DNA of 46,039 nt from Candidatus Bathyarchaeia archaeon (GCA_038826015.1 JAWBOR010000001.1:1-46039); one strand, 5' to 3'; counted from the stretch's first letter, positions 34,758 through 44,872 are shown. The notes: generated from the sequence alone by a model not told the origin. Translations and numbers: made by a program.

Positions 34758-37181
34758 ATGTCAGAGGAACCTAGAATCGGAGTTTTTGTTTGTCACTGCG
34801 GACTAAACATAGCAGGCGTTATTGATGTAAAAGCGGTAACGGAATATGCACGCACTTTGCCAAATGTCGTTTTCGCTGTAGACAATCGTTACACATGTTC
34901 TGATCCTGGACAAGAAGAGATAAAAAAGGCCATAAAAAAGCACAACTTGAACCGCGTGATTGTAGCAGCTTGTTCTCCACGGATGCACGAATTCACTTTT
35001 CGTCGAACCGTAGCCGAAAGTGGTTTAAATCCATATCTCTGTGAAATGGCTAACATTCGAGAACATTGCTCATGGTGTCACCCCAGCATGCCTAAAGAGG
35101 CAACTGAGAAGGCAAAAGAAATCGTTAAGATAGCTGTTGCCAAGGCTAGGTTACTTAACCCCCTAAAGCCTTTGGAAGTACCGGTTACAAACAAGGCTCT
35201 TGTTATCGGCGGCGGAATTGCTGGAATAAACTCGGCACTAGACTTAGCCGAAATGGGTTTCAAGGTTTACTTAGTTGAGAAGAGTGAAAGTATTGGCGGG
35301 CACATGGCTCAGTTAGACAAAACTTTCCCAACATTGGATTGCTCTATCTGTATTGAAGGCCCAAAGATGGTTGATGTCGCCCGTCACCCAAATATTGAAA
35401 TTATCTCTTTTGCGGAAATTATCCGTGTAGAAGGTTACACAGGAAATTTTAGAGTTAAGGTGAGAAAAAATCCACGTTACGTGATTGAATCAAACTGCAC
35501 AGGTTGCGGAGAATGTCGAGATGTTTGCCCAATCGAATACCCAAATGAATGGGACATGAATATGGGTGTTAGAAAAGCAATCTCTGTCCCCTTCGAGCAA
35601 GCTGTTCCACTTGTTTATACGATAAACATGGATTATTGCATTGAATGTTATAAGTGCGTGGATGCTTGTGGAACCCGTCAGGCTATAGATTTTAGTCAGA
35701 AACCTGAGGATATTGAACTTGAAGTTGGTACCATCATCATTGCAACAGGCTACGATATCTATTTGCCTGAAGAAGGCAACGTTTACGGATACGGCAAATA
35801 TAGTAATGTTATAACGGGACTAGAGTACGAAAGGTTGATTTTAGCTGCAGGACCAACAGGAGGTCACATTGTTCGAGCTTCAGATGGAAAAAGACCAAAT
35901 GTCATAGCGTTTATTCAATGTGTTGGTTCTCGAGACGTAAATAAGTTTCCGTACTGCTCAGGTTTTTGTTGCATGTACACGCTTAAGCAAGCTATTCAGT
36001 TTAAGGAACATTACAAAGATTCAGATGTCTATGTTTTATACATGGATCTACGAAGCAACTTCAAGGGCTATGAAGAGTTTTATAACAGAGCCAGAGAGAT
36101 GGGGATCACCTTCATCAGAGGTAGAGTCTCAAAAATTCTAGAAGATCCTGAAACTTGCAATCTCATCATACGTTCGGAGGATACGTTGCTCGGAGAACCT
36201 ATTGAGCTTGAGGTGGAACTTGTAGTTCTAGCCACAGCTGCTGTTCCACGTAAAGACGCAGGTGATGTTGCAAGAATTATTAACATAAGCCGAGGTACAG
36301 ACGGATTCTTCATGGAAAGTCATCCTAAACTGAAGCCTTTAGATACACCAGTTGACGGCGTCTTCTTAGCGGGAGGCTGTCAAGGACCTAAAGATATTCC
36401 ATATAGTGTTTCACAAGGAAGCGGAGCCGCAGCCCGCGCTGCGACAATTCTTTCAAAGCCTTCGGTGAAGATTGAACCCATAGTATCAGTTGTTGACCCG
36501 GAAAAGTGTAGAAATGTGAATGGAAAATGCGGCATATGTGCGTCTAAGTGTCCATTTGGCTCCATAAAAATCGAGCCTCGCACTGCAGCTGAAGTTATAT
36601 CGGCTATGTGTCACGGCTGTGGAGTATGTGTAGCTGAGTGCCCAGCTGACGCCATTACACAAATGCATTTCACCGATGCACAGATCTTCGCTCAGATTGA
36701 TGCTGCTTTAGAGAATAACGCTGCTGATAAGATCCTGGGTTTCCTTTGCAACTGGTGTTCTTATGCTGGTGCTGATTTAGCTGGGACAAGCCGTTTTGAG
36801 TATCCGCCAAATCTGAGGGCGATTAGGGTAATGTGTTCTGGACGCGTCGACCGTGACTTTGTTCTTGGAGCCTTCAGAAAAGGCGCAGGCATGGTTCTCG
36901 TTGGCGCTTGTCATCTCCCTTACGACTGCCATTATATTGATGGAAATTGGAAGATGAAGGCTCGAATGGAATCTTTGGCAAAGGTCTTGGAGAAGCTTGG
37001 ATTAACCCCGGAGAGGTTCAGAATTGAGTATATATCTGCAGCTGAAGGCATCAAGTTTGCACAGGTAATCCAAGAAATGACGGAAAAAATGAAAGAGATC
37101 GGAAGAAACAAAATTATAGCCGAAAACGAAAAGTTAAAGCCCCACCTAGATCGCATGTTAAATAAGAAGAAGCAAGAATAG
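34758..37181 (+). CDS. hdrA: Heterodisulfide reductase subunit A fused to an MvhD/FlpD-like domain
   Basis: Contains the N-terminal Cys cluster GVFVCHCGLNIAG, FAD motif VIGGGIAGINSALDLA, TLDCSICIEGPKM and four ferredoxin-type motifs. The C-terminal block ILGFLCNWCSYAGADLAG...IRVMCSGRVD...GACHLPYDCHY is typical of MvhD. The ATG at 34758 follows GGAGGG and the polyferredoxin stop. Confidence 0.9.
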   Translation: MSEEPRIGVFVCHCGLNIAGVIDVKAVTEYARTLPNVVFAVDNRYTCSDPGQEEIKKAIKKHNLNRVIVAACSPRMHEFTFRRTVAESGLNPYLCEMANIREHCSWCHPSMPKEATEKAKEIVKIAVAKARLLNPLKPLEVPVTNKALVIGGGIAGINSALDLAEMGFKVYLVEKSESIGGHMAQLDKTFPTLDCSICIEGPKMVDVARHPNIEIISFAEIIRVEGYTGNFRVKVRKNPRYVIESNCTGCGECRDVCPIEYPNEWDMNMGVRKAISVPFEQAVPLVYTINMDYCIECYKCVDACGTRQAIDFSQKPEDIELEVGTIIIATGYDIYLPEEGNVYGYGKYSNVITGLEYERLILAAGPTGGHIVRASDGKRPNVIAFIQCVGSRDVNKFPYCSGFCCMYTLKQAIQFKEHYKDSDVYVLYMDLRSNFKGYEEFYNRAREMGITFIRGRVSKILEDPETCNLIIRSEDTLLGEPIELEVELVVLATAAVPRKDAGDVARIINISRGTDGFFMESHPKLKPLDTPVDGVFLAGGCQGPKDIPYSVSQGSGAAARAATILSKPSVKIEPIVSVVDPEKCRNVNGKCGICASKCPFGSIKIEPRTAAEVISAMCHGCGVCVAECPADAITQMHFTDAQIFAQIDAALENNAADKILGFLCNWCSYAGADLAGTSRFEYPPNLRAIRVMCSGRVDRDFVLGAFRKGAGMVLVGACHLPYDCHYIDGNWKMKARMESLAKVLEKLGLTPERFRIEYISAAEGIKFAQVIQEMTEKMKEIGRNKIIAENEKLKPHLDRMLNKKKQE

Positions 37182-37241
37182 TTCTAATCTGACTGATGAT
37201 CCTTTTTCTGTACCGCCAGTGAATACCAATAGAAGAATACT

Positions 37242-37550
37242 TCAATATGGAAGAGGGTGCTCTTTGATTTTTTTTCTTGTTTCGATTAATGTTATTAATG
37301 AGATAAAGACAACGAAGTTAGCTATCAAAAATATTGGGTTAAAGTATCCCGTGACTATAAGATTGAAGGGAAAAGGCGCGTTTTCTAAAACCAAATTCAT
37401 TAAGAGTCCCGGTGGTAGCCCTTCTAATCCACCAGTCCAAGAAATTATGGATAAATTGCCGAGCATTACGATAAAACCTGCTAGAACCCAGAGGAGAAGA
37501 AATCTAACCAGAATGTTTGTGACGGTCTCCATGATTCTAACACCCTGCAT
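37242..37550 (-). CDS. Small hypothetical membrane protein
   Basis: Two strong TM segments (ILVRFLLLWVLAGFIVMLG and PIFLIANFVVFISLITLI) are present. It is preferred over the overlapping plus-strand ORF 37219-37569, whose sequence is less protein-like. Confidence 0.4.
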   Translation of the reverse strand: MQGVRIMETVTNILVRFLLLWVLAGFIVMLGNLSIISWTGGLEGLPPGLLMNLVLENAPFPFNLIVTGYFNPIFLIANFVVFISLITLIETRKKIKEHPLPY

Positions 37551-37797
37551 CGAAATAGGGTATCTTTAAACGAAACGACATACCAATATTCATATCTTTT
37601 TTCATAAGTTTGGAGCCGTAATTTCATAAATGAGAAATTTAACATATTTATAATGAGTTCAACAAATGTCTAAAATCTTATGAAGATAAAAACCAAATCA
37701 ACCCTCTTTATTCATGACCTATATCAAATCCTTTTTTTAAGAATGACTCACGTGTCCTAAATTAAAAAGGGCGAATTACCTTTTTACTGAATAGGAT

Positions 37798-38118
37798 TCA
37801 TCTTTTAACTCTAACGTAGATTATGATTAGGGCTAATATAGCTAAGGCTATTAAAACCTTGGTGAGAATCCCCTTTCTTTCTAGAATTATTATGGTTGCG
37901 TTAAGCCTTTCAAAAGGGTTAGGTGAAGTGATCATCATAAAAATTTGTTTAGCTTCTTCTTCACTGAATAAGGCGCCGTCGACTAGTATGCCTTTGTTTT
38001 CTGCTTTCTCAAATTTGTGTCCTTTAAGCCGAAACGCGTCCGTAAAACCTGTTCTTAACCATAAATTGAAGTCTTCAAGAAGCATCTGTTTCTCTTCGGT
38101 TCCTATTCCGCCATGCAT
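37798..38118 (-). CDS. Small tail-anchored protein, downstream partner of the UPF0182 gene
   Basis: It starts 4 nt after the UPF0182 stop on the same strand. A soluble N-domain is followed by a C-terminal TM (VLIALAILALIIIYV). The antisense ORF 37823-38143 is judged a shadow. Confidence 0.45.
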   Translation of the reverse strand: MHGGIGTEEKQMLLEDFNLWLRTGFTDAFRLKGHKFEKAENKGILVDGALFSEEEAKQIFMMITSPNPFERLNATIIILERKGILTKVLIALAILALIIIYVRVKR

Positions 38119-38122
38119 AAAA

Positions 38123-40861
38123 TCACCTATACCGAATGCTTAAGTAATATAAGTAAACGAAATCTCCTTCTTTAATTAATATGCCCAAATTCACGGTTTC
38201 ACGGTCTGCATACCAAACTAAAATTTTCTTTTCCACGGCATACGATTCTATGAATTCGTTGATTGCTGATTCCGTCTCTACCCATTGTCTCTCTTCAACA
38301 TAGGTAAGGTTCTTCACTAGAACTTCAACATGGGGGTAGACTGCAGTGACATTTAGGAGTTCTAATCCCGCATCACGGAAAACTTTGAAAATCCTTCCTA
38401 ATCTCTTTTCAGCGGTTACCTCGCCCCCGGGTATGCCTCCTACAAGATTACGGTAAGCATCCTCAGCATTGGTTCCCGTAGCCACCATTGACCCATACGA
38501 GGCGTCTAAAATACCTATCTCAGGCATTGTAGACATAACCCCGCCTACAAGATACAATGGGATAAAATAGTAAAGTTTCCCAGCGATGGGATAAAGAAGA
38601 ATGTTGCCAAGCCTCGCAGTAGGCGGATTCTGATAATAACCATAAAGAGTAAGTTTCGATTGTACAGTCTCGTTTGCTATTAACGATGTTTCTGCAGCTG
38701 TAGGTCCTAATAACTGCATGGTTTTAGGGACCTCATAAAAAACGGTCCTCCCAAGATTTTCCCCACCAAAGGCAAGATACATACCTGCTAAATTTTTGCC
38801 TGCTGACCCCAAATATTCAACAATCTGCAAACCCACGAAATACGTTTTATTTTGGTCCGTGACTAAAACATACAGAATTTCTGTGCGAGGTGGTCTTTCG
38901 TAGAACTCGGTTCCAGACCTCCAAATGAACGGGTCTTCTACATGGAATTTAAAGTCGATATCAAGTTGACCTGCAGCGTCGCGTTTACCCAATAATTTTT
39001 CAGGATAACGCATTTGGGGTATAAGCCAATCCACGCTTGGATCATCTATTGACTTCCAAGATGGATAATAGTTTTTGTAAAAGTCAACTAGAAAACCGTC
39101 TGATTGGCCTACGACATATCCTTGCATTGCTCCATCCTCAACGTTAATTAATATCAAAGCAAAAAACCTTAGATAGTTACTTTCTGAGAAACCTGAACGT
39201 AAAGGATAATCAATGTAAACTTGCACTGCATAGTATACATTTTTTCCATCACTTACTAAATAAGCATCGGTATCGACGCTTAACCCGTAAATAAGCACAT
39301 CCTTCACTCGTTTTAACACATCACGATTATAAAGCATATTGATGCTGTCTTGAGGAGGTGAAGATGCGAACCCAAATTGCCCTTGGGAAAGAAACCATAG
39401 TGATCTCTGCCACCCTGAAAGAATGTAGTCCGGCGCGCCCGCATAGGAGACACCTTCAACCTCGTTAAATCCTTTAACATTAACGTAGACCGGGGTGTCG
39501 AAGCCTTCTCCGTAATATATGAGCGGTTCCTTAGAGATTCCAAAGGCATCTGTGACATTTACGTAATCTCCTGTGTGACTGTCAATCATAATTATTTTAG
39601 AAGTATGCGTGTAGATTAGATGTTTGCTAATCCAATCAGTGCTTGGATAAAGAAGCGTTGTCGGAGCAGCCCAATACTCGCGGCCATTAACGTATAGGAT
39701 ATCTGAGTCGGCGAGGGTCATCCAATTAGCTCCTATTCGGTTTATCATCCTCGTATACGCTGCGTTTTGGTCCCATTGGCGTATTTGGCTAAGTGTTTTG
39801 CTTAAATTGCCCATAGGTAAATCCATGATCGATTTTCGTTCTATGTTTTGGATTCCGGCCGCCCAACGCGTAACGCTGATCTGTTTCTCAGTGAGAGGTT
39901 TCCATTCATATTCGATCCAATTGTTGTTCCAATTGAGCCTAAAACCAGCGAGTATAACCGCGTTTAACACCAAAATAACAATGATTGCCAAGCCTAGACC
40001 AGTGAAGACCATTCTTTTACGTTTGGCAAAGGAAAAATTCTTTTCTAATCCGATAAATTGAAAATATATCGCAGCAGCTACAAACCCTATTAGCAATAGA
40101 AGACTTATTAGATAATCAAACGGTGTGGTTGCATCCATTGTCCAAAAAGGAGCGCCTAAAATGATTGCCGCCATAGCCAATGACAAAATCACAAAAAGGT
40201 CTCGTATCCATATATTTCTAGGCTCCTGCATGAAGTGTTTGATAATCTTTAACACCATTCTGACAGCTGCTATTGCCAGCACAGCTACGGATAAGACATA
40301 GATAAGGCTGTAGTGAGCTTCCATTGTAGGCACAAGAGAAACGAGTTCATTAGAGGATGCCGGCATGATTGCAAGAAGAAAAACACGGGGAACAAAGCTC
40401 CAGTCACCAACGTTTCTGAGAACCATATAAAAAGCAGGTGTTACCTTTCCTAGAAACGGGAGACCGTTTAATGAAATTATAACAGAGCTGGCGATGCCCC
40501 ATTTCACTAATTGCCATATGCTCCAAAAGATTTTCCGAGTTTTTAAAGAAAAAGTAGGTTGAATCTTTGTTTTGTATTCGGTTCTAGTTAACCGGCGGAT
40601 GGACTCCCAGAGTTCGTAAATATCGCTTCGACCAATTCTAGGATTCAAGACTAGCAAAGCCAAGATTGCAGCTAATATGAAGGTATAACCATAATAATAG
40701 TTTGTGTTGAACCAGTCAAGCCCGGCTTTTTGGAGATACATTGTTTCTAATATTGACCATTGAAGCCAAACATATGTGCTATAAAATACAAAGATAACAG
40801 CTATTATGAACATCGTTATTATGAACCAAAATTTTAGGAGGGAACCTCTCTTTTCATACAA
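38123..40861 (-). CDS. UPF0182 (COG1615) family large membrane protein
   Basis: The 912 aa product has about 7-8 N-terminal TM helices, then a large soluble region. Blocks such as QIRQWDQNAAY, WISKHLIYTHTS, EPLIYYGEG and VYYAVQVYIDYP parallel the UPF0182 pattern I recall from actinobacterial and archaeal members. Confidence 0.7.
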   Translation of the reverse strand: MYEKRGSLLKFWFIITMFIIAVIFVFYSTYVWLQWSILETMYLQKAGLDWFNTNYYYGYTFILAAILALLVLNPRIGRSDIYELWESIRRLTRTEYKTKIQPTFSLKTRKIFWSIWQLVKWGIASSVIISLNGLPFLGKVTPAFYMVLRNVGDWSFVPRVFLLAIMPASSNELVSLVPTMEAHYSLIYVLSVAVLAIAAVRMVLKIIKHFMQEPRNIWIRDLFVILSLAMAAIILGAPFWTMDATTPFDYLISLLLLIGFVAAAIYFQFIGLEKNFSFAKRKRMVFTGLGLAIIVILVLNAVILAGFRLNWNNNWIEYEWKPLTEKQISVTRWAAGIQNIERKSIMDLPMGNLSKTLSQIRQWDQNAAYTRMINRIGANWMTLADSDILYVNGREYWAAPTTLLYPSTDWISKHLIYTHTSKIIMIDSHTGDYVNVTDAFGISKEPLIYYGEGFDTPVYVNVKGFNEVEGVSYAGAPDYILSGWQRSLWFLSQGQFGFASSPPQDSINMLYNRDVLKRVKDVLIYGLSVDTDAYLVSDGKNVYYAVQVYIDYPLRSGFSESNYLRFFALILINVEDGAMQGYVVGQSDGFLVDFYKNYYPSWKSIDDPSVDWLIPQMRYPEKLLGKRDAAGQLDIDFKFHVEDPFIWRSGTEFYERPPRTEILYVLVTDQNKTYFVGLQIVEYLGSAGKNLAGMYLAFGGENLGRTVFYEVPKTMQLLGPTAAETSLIANETVQSKLTLYGYYQNPPTARLGNILLYPIAGKLYYFIPLYLVGGVMSTMPEIGILDASYGSMVATGTNAEDAYRNLVGGIPGGEVTAEKRLGRIFKVFRDAGLELLNVTAVYPHVEVLVKNLTYVEERQWVETESAINEFIESYAVEKKILVWYADRETVNLGILIKEGDFVYLYYLSIRYR

Positions 40862-41005
40862 CTTTTTTCAACAAGTTTCTCATTCAAAACTGGCTTATAA
40901 AGAATTACGCCTTCATCCTGACCCCTAAAATTTCTAAAATCATTTCTGCACAGAACCGAATGAGTTAATAGAGAAAAGACGTTTTAGGTTTTATGGGGCT
41001 CTTCA

Positions 41006-42718
41006 GTGATCCAGATAATGAGAGATTGCATATTAAGTAGTGAAGTAAAAAATGCAATATTGAGCGTTTGTGTAAGAGTAGCTCAACCGAATTGTGTGGT
41101 TGCTGCTGCGCTTTATGGCCCTCACATATGTGGATATGCAGATGAAAAAAGCCCTTTCAATGTTTTGTTAATAATTCATTCACCTAGGTTATCATTGAAG
41201 TTTCACCATGAACCCTTCAACGAGTCAACGATATCGTTTCTAATTATTGACAAGAAAACATTTGAAAGAGATGTTGAAGGCGAATGGTTCGGCGGGATAT
41301 TAGCCGAGAATATCCTCACTCCATACGAGCCATTAGTTAATGGAGATTATTTATGGAATCAAGAGGTGAAAGTCAAAAAAAGAACGGTCTATGAAACCCT
41401 TAGCAACATGGTTCTAGAGTTTCCCGAAATGTCCCATGATCTTCTAATTAAACCGGAACATTTCTTGTTTGAATCGATGACGCGGAAAGCTGCTCTTTTT
41501 CCACCTGTTACTTATAGGTTTTTAAATGTACTCAGAAGTAGTTTAAGCAAAAGAAATCTTGAACACATGCTAAATGGATACAAAGTGGCGGTTGAATCGG
41601 CTGTGGAAGAAGGAAACTTATTTTTCTCACATGGAGAATATGTTACAGTCACAAAGGAATACATCGATGCAGCTCAGAAAAAAAGGCTTCGCATAACAAA
41701 TTTTTTTAAAGATGTTCGAACTGGCATACTTCGCACTGTTTTGACGATTTTGCCTGAAATAATGAATTCTTTAAATGAAGATTTCAGATTATATGCCGCA
41801 CGTTTCGCTGAAAAAGAAAACCTCAGTGAAAATCCTATTTTCAAGCTTGAGGATTCTAAGAAATATGTTTTCATTCCCACTTCCTTAGGGCTCGTATCTC
41901 TCTCAGATAAAATAACTATTCAGGATTTTGTGCGAAAATATGCCCAAGAGAGCCGTGAACTCGTCGATATGAGAAAACTAGGCGGCGTTCTGAATACTGT
42001 GTACATGCTAAAATTTCGCAAAGGAGCAAATGAACAGAATATTGTAGTCAAAGTATTTAAAGACTGGTATGGTTGGAAGTGGTTTCCTTTAGCTTTGTGG
42101 TCTTTGGGTACAAGGGGTTTCGTAGTTCTGGGAAAATCGAGGTTAGAAAGAGAATATGCGATAAACAGGTTTCTGCAAAGTCAGGGCATTCACGTCCCTG
42201 AAATTATTTATGTCAGCGTTGACGAACGATTAATCTTTCAAGAATATGTTGATGGCAAAAACCTAGCCCAAATATTGAAACAGATATGCGCATCTTTGGA
42301 TAAAGGAAACGATTATGCTGAATTATTAAAAAAAATCGGTGGAGAAATCGCTAAAATACACGAATTAAACATCGCACTTGGAGATTGCAAACCTGAGAAT
42401 GTCATAATAACTTCAGATGAAAAGATTTACTTTGTGGATCTTGAGCAAGCAGAGAGAAATGGAGATCAAGCATGGGATCTTGCGGAGTTTCTGTATTATT
42501 CCGGTCATTATGCTTCATTAGCGCCAATAAATGCCGCAAAGATGATCACTAAAAACTTCGTTGATGGATACTTGGAGGCAGGTGGAGAAACTGAAAACAT
42601 AAGAAAGATAGGGTCTCCACGTTACGTTAAGGTTTTCAGTTTTTTCACTCCCCCTCATTTAATCTTAACTATCTCTGCTACCTGTAGAGAAATACTGAAA
42701 AGTAAGATTGCGAGTTAA
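41006..42718 (+). CDS. Two-domain protein: N-terminal nucleotidyltransferase-like region + C-terminal atypical (RIO/Bud32/Kdo-like) protein kinase domain
   Basis: Kinase elements are the Lys in IVVKVFKD, the hinge LIFQEYVDGKNL, the catalytic loop LGDCKPENVII and the metal-binding FVDLEQAE. The N-terminal AALYGPHICGYADEKSPFNVLLIIH resembles a degenerate minimal NTase G-S/x...D-x-D strand. Confidence 0.65.
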   Translation: MIQIMRDCILSSEVKNAILSVCVRVAQPNCVVAAALYGPHICGYADEKSPFNVLLIIHSPRLSLKFHHEPFNESTISFLIIDKKTFERDVEGEWFGGILAENILTPYEPLVNGDYLWNQEVKVKKRTVYETLSNMVLEFPEMSHDLLIKPEHFLFESMTRKAALFPPVTYRFLNVLRSSLSKRNLEHMLNGYKVAVESAVEEGNLFFSHGEYVTVTKEYIDAAQKKRLRITNFFKDVRTGILRTVLTILPEIMNSLNEDFRLYAARFAEKENLSENPIFKLEDSKKYVFIPTSLGLVSLSDKITIQDFVRKYAQESRELVDMRKLGGVLNTVYMLKFRKGANEQNIVVKVFKDWYGWKWFPLALWSLGTRGFVVLGKSRLEREYAINRFLQSQGIHVPEIIYVSVDERLIFQEYVDGKNLAQILKQICASLDKGNDYAELLKKIGGEIAKIHELNIALGDCKPENVIITSDEKIYFVDLEQAERNGDQAWDLAEFLYYSGHYASLAPINAAKMITKNFVDGYLEAGGETENIRKIGSPRYVKVFSFFTPPHLILTISATCREILKSKIAS

Positions 42719-42752
42719 TTGTTAACGGAGAATATTTTGGCGGAGACAACTA

Positions 42753-44081
42753 ATGAAGAAAACGACTGTTGCATTCTATGGTGGCGTAAACGAGGTTGGT
42801 GGAAACAAAATCCTTTTGAAAGACATCGACACACGGATTCTATTCGATTTCGGCATGTCTTTCACTTTGAGAAATCATTATTATTCTGTTCCATTTCTCT
42901 CGCCAAAAGATGAAAAAGGACTCTTAGAATTTGGAATTTTGCCAGAACTTAAAGGACTTTATAGCTTCGACTCTACAGAACCTAAGGTCGATGCGGTCTT
43001 TCTTTCTCATTCCCACATGGATCATGCTGCTTACATATCCCTTCTTAAAAGGGAGATACCCATCTATTGCGGTGAGACAACAGCAACAATTCTTGATGCC
43101 TTAAGCAGGGTACGTTTATCAGGTTTCGAGTTTAATCTAAGCGGTATCAAATTCAAAACGTTTCGCACTGGAGATAAAATCAAAATAGGTTCCTTGGAAA
43201 TTGAACCGATGCATGTTGACCATTCAGTTCCGGGATCATATGGATTTGTTATACACACATCAGCTGGCGCATTGGTTTATACTGGAGATTTCAGACGGCA
43301 TGGGTCGAAGCCGGGTTTTACAATGGAGTTTTTGGAAAAATGTACTAATGAAAAACCAAAAGTTGTGATATCTGAAAATACTAACATGACAGGTGTCGAG
43401 GTTTCTTCTGAATGGGAAGTAATCGAAAAACTGAACAGCGTAGTTGGGCATACATCTGGTTTAGTCATGGCGAATTTTGCATGTGCAGATGTTGATAGAT
43501 TAAATTCTTTTTATGATGTTGCTGTAAAAAATAATAGAAGCCTTATGGTAACATTGAAACAGGCTTATCTCTTACAAAAATTAAGCCAAGATCCGCATCT
43601 AAACATTCCGAAACTTAATGACGATAATATTCTTATTTTCCAAAAAGCTAAGAAAAAATATTATCAATGGGAACAGGAAACTATGAATCTCGGGAAAATC
43701 GTTGATTCACAAGATGTCGCGGAGAAACAGGACAAAGCGATTTTGGTCACCTCTTTCTGCGATTTAGCGGAACTTGTTGAAATTAAGCCATCTTCAGGTA
43801 GTTGTTATGTTCTTTCCTCTTCTGAACCGTTTAACGAAGAGATGGAGATCGATTACAATAGACTTACAAATTGGCTCGATCATTACGGTCTACCACAGTA
43901 TCATGTTCATGTATCCGGACACATTACGCCGCTTCATTTAAGAGAGGCATTAAAAACGATGAAGCCGCAAAAAGTCTTTCCCATACATGGCACGCATCCA
44001 AAACTGTTAGCCAGGTTCATGAGAGACACAGAAAGTAAGTTTCTGATTCCTGAAATAGGAAAAAAATACGATATTAATTAA
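42753..44081 (+). CDS. rnj: Metallo-beta-lactamase/beta-CASP ribonuclease, archaeal RNase J-like
   Basis: Contains the MBL motif LSHSHMDHAAY, downstream HVDHS, a beta-CASP-sized insert and a C-terminal HVSGH motif. The 442 aa size matches archaeal RNase J. Confidence 0.75.
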   Translation: MKKTTVAFYGGVNEVGGNKILLKDIDTRILFDFGMSFTLRNHYYSVPFLSPKDEKGLLEFGILPELKGLYSFDSTEPKVDAVFLSHSHMDHAAYISLLKREIPIYCGETTATILDALSRVRLSGFEFNLSGIKFKTFRTGDKIKIGSLEIEPMHVDHSVPGSYGFVIHTSAGALVYTGDFRRHGSKPGFTMEFLEKCTNEKPKVVISENTNMTGVEVSSEWEVIEKLNSVVGHTSGLVMANFACADVDRLNSFYDVAVKNNRSLMVTLKQAYLLQKLSQDPHLNIPKLNDDNILIFQKAKKKYYQWEQETMNLGKIVDSQDVAEKQDKAILVTSFCDLAELVEIKPSSGSCYVLSSSEPFNEEMEIDYNRLTNWLDHYGLPQYHVHVSGHITPLHLREALKTMKPQKVFPIHGTHPKLLARFMRDTESKFLIPEIGKKYDIN

Positions 44082-44098
44082 GCATAAAGGAATTTGAA

Positions 44099-44872
44099 AT
44101 GACAGAGATAATTCAAGAAGGAGATAATGTGCTTCTTTTTCTTGACAAAAAGAGAAGCTATCTTGTCAAAATAGAAAAGGAGAAGAATTTCCACACGCAT
44201 AAAGGGTTTCTCGCGTTAGACGAACTCATAGGAAAAGAATACGGTACACAGATAAAAAGTAGCTTGAATATAGAATTTTTCGCCTTTAAACCCACTATTC
44301 AAGACTACATATTCAAAGCGTCAAGGAAAACTCAGATTCTCTATCCTAAGGACATTGCGCTTATCATATTGTTCGGCAATATCCACGCAGGAAGCCGTGT
44401 CGTCGAGGCTGGAACTGGAGTAGGCGCTCTAACTATGGCTTTGGCATATTATGTTAAGCCTTTAGGTCGCGTATACAGCTATGAAGTCAGAGAAGAATTC
44501 ATCGAAATTGCAGCTAAAAACTTGGAAAAATCTGGTTTATCAGACTACGCTGAGATTAAAAACAAGGACATAACACAAGGAATCGACGAAAAAGATGTTG
44601 ACGCCGTTGTTCTGGATATGGCGACCCCATGGCTTGCCGTTCCCCATGCTTACCAAGCGTTGAAAGGAAGCGGCATCCTAATCTCTTTCAGCCCCACAAT
44701 TGACCAAGTGATCAAAACAGTTGAAAGCTTAAAAGATAATCATTTTGCCAGCGTGGAAACTATAGAATGCTTAGTTAGAAGAATGCAAACGGAAAGGGGA
44801 AAAACACGCCCTGAAACTTTGATGACGGGACACACGGGATACATAACTTTTGCCAAAAAAGCGTCATGTTGA
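44099..44872 (+). CDS. trmI: tRNA (adenine-N1)-methyltransferase TrmI (GCD14 family)
   Basis: Contains the SAM motif VVEAGTGVGALTMALA, SYEVREEF, DAVVLDMATPW, and the N-terminal beta domain HTHKGFLALDELIGK. Confidence 0.85.
   Translation: MTEIIQEGDNVLLFLDKKRSYLVKIEKEKNFHTHKGFLALDELIGKEYGTQIKSSLNIEFFAFKPTIQDYIFKASRKTQILYPKDIALIILFGNIHAGSRVVEAGTGVGALTMALAYYVKPLGRVYSYEVREEFIEIAAKNLEKSGLSDYAEIKNKDITQGIDEKDVDAVVLDMATPWLAVPHAYQALKGSGILISFSPTIDQVIKTVESLKDNHFASVETIECLVRRMQTERGKTRPETLMTGHTGYITFAKKASC

Noticed and set aside
37219-37569. 116-aa plus-strand ORF opposite the small membrane protein. The analogous 37823-38143 ORF lies opposite the tail-anchored protein.
   Set aside because: The minus-strand frames encode coherent TM segments and fit the operon context with the UPF0182 gene. 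The plus-strand translations are basic and low-complexity. Confidence in the minus-strand calls is still only moderate.
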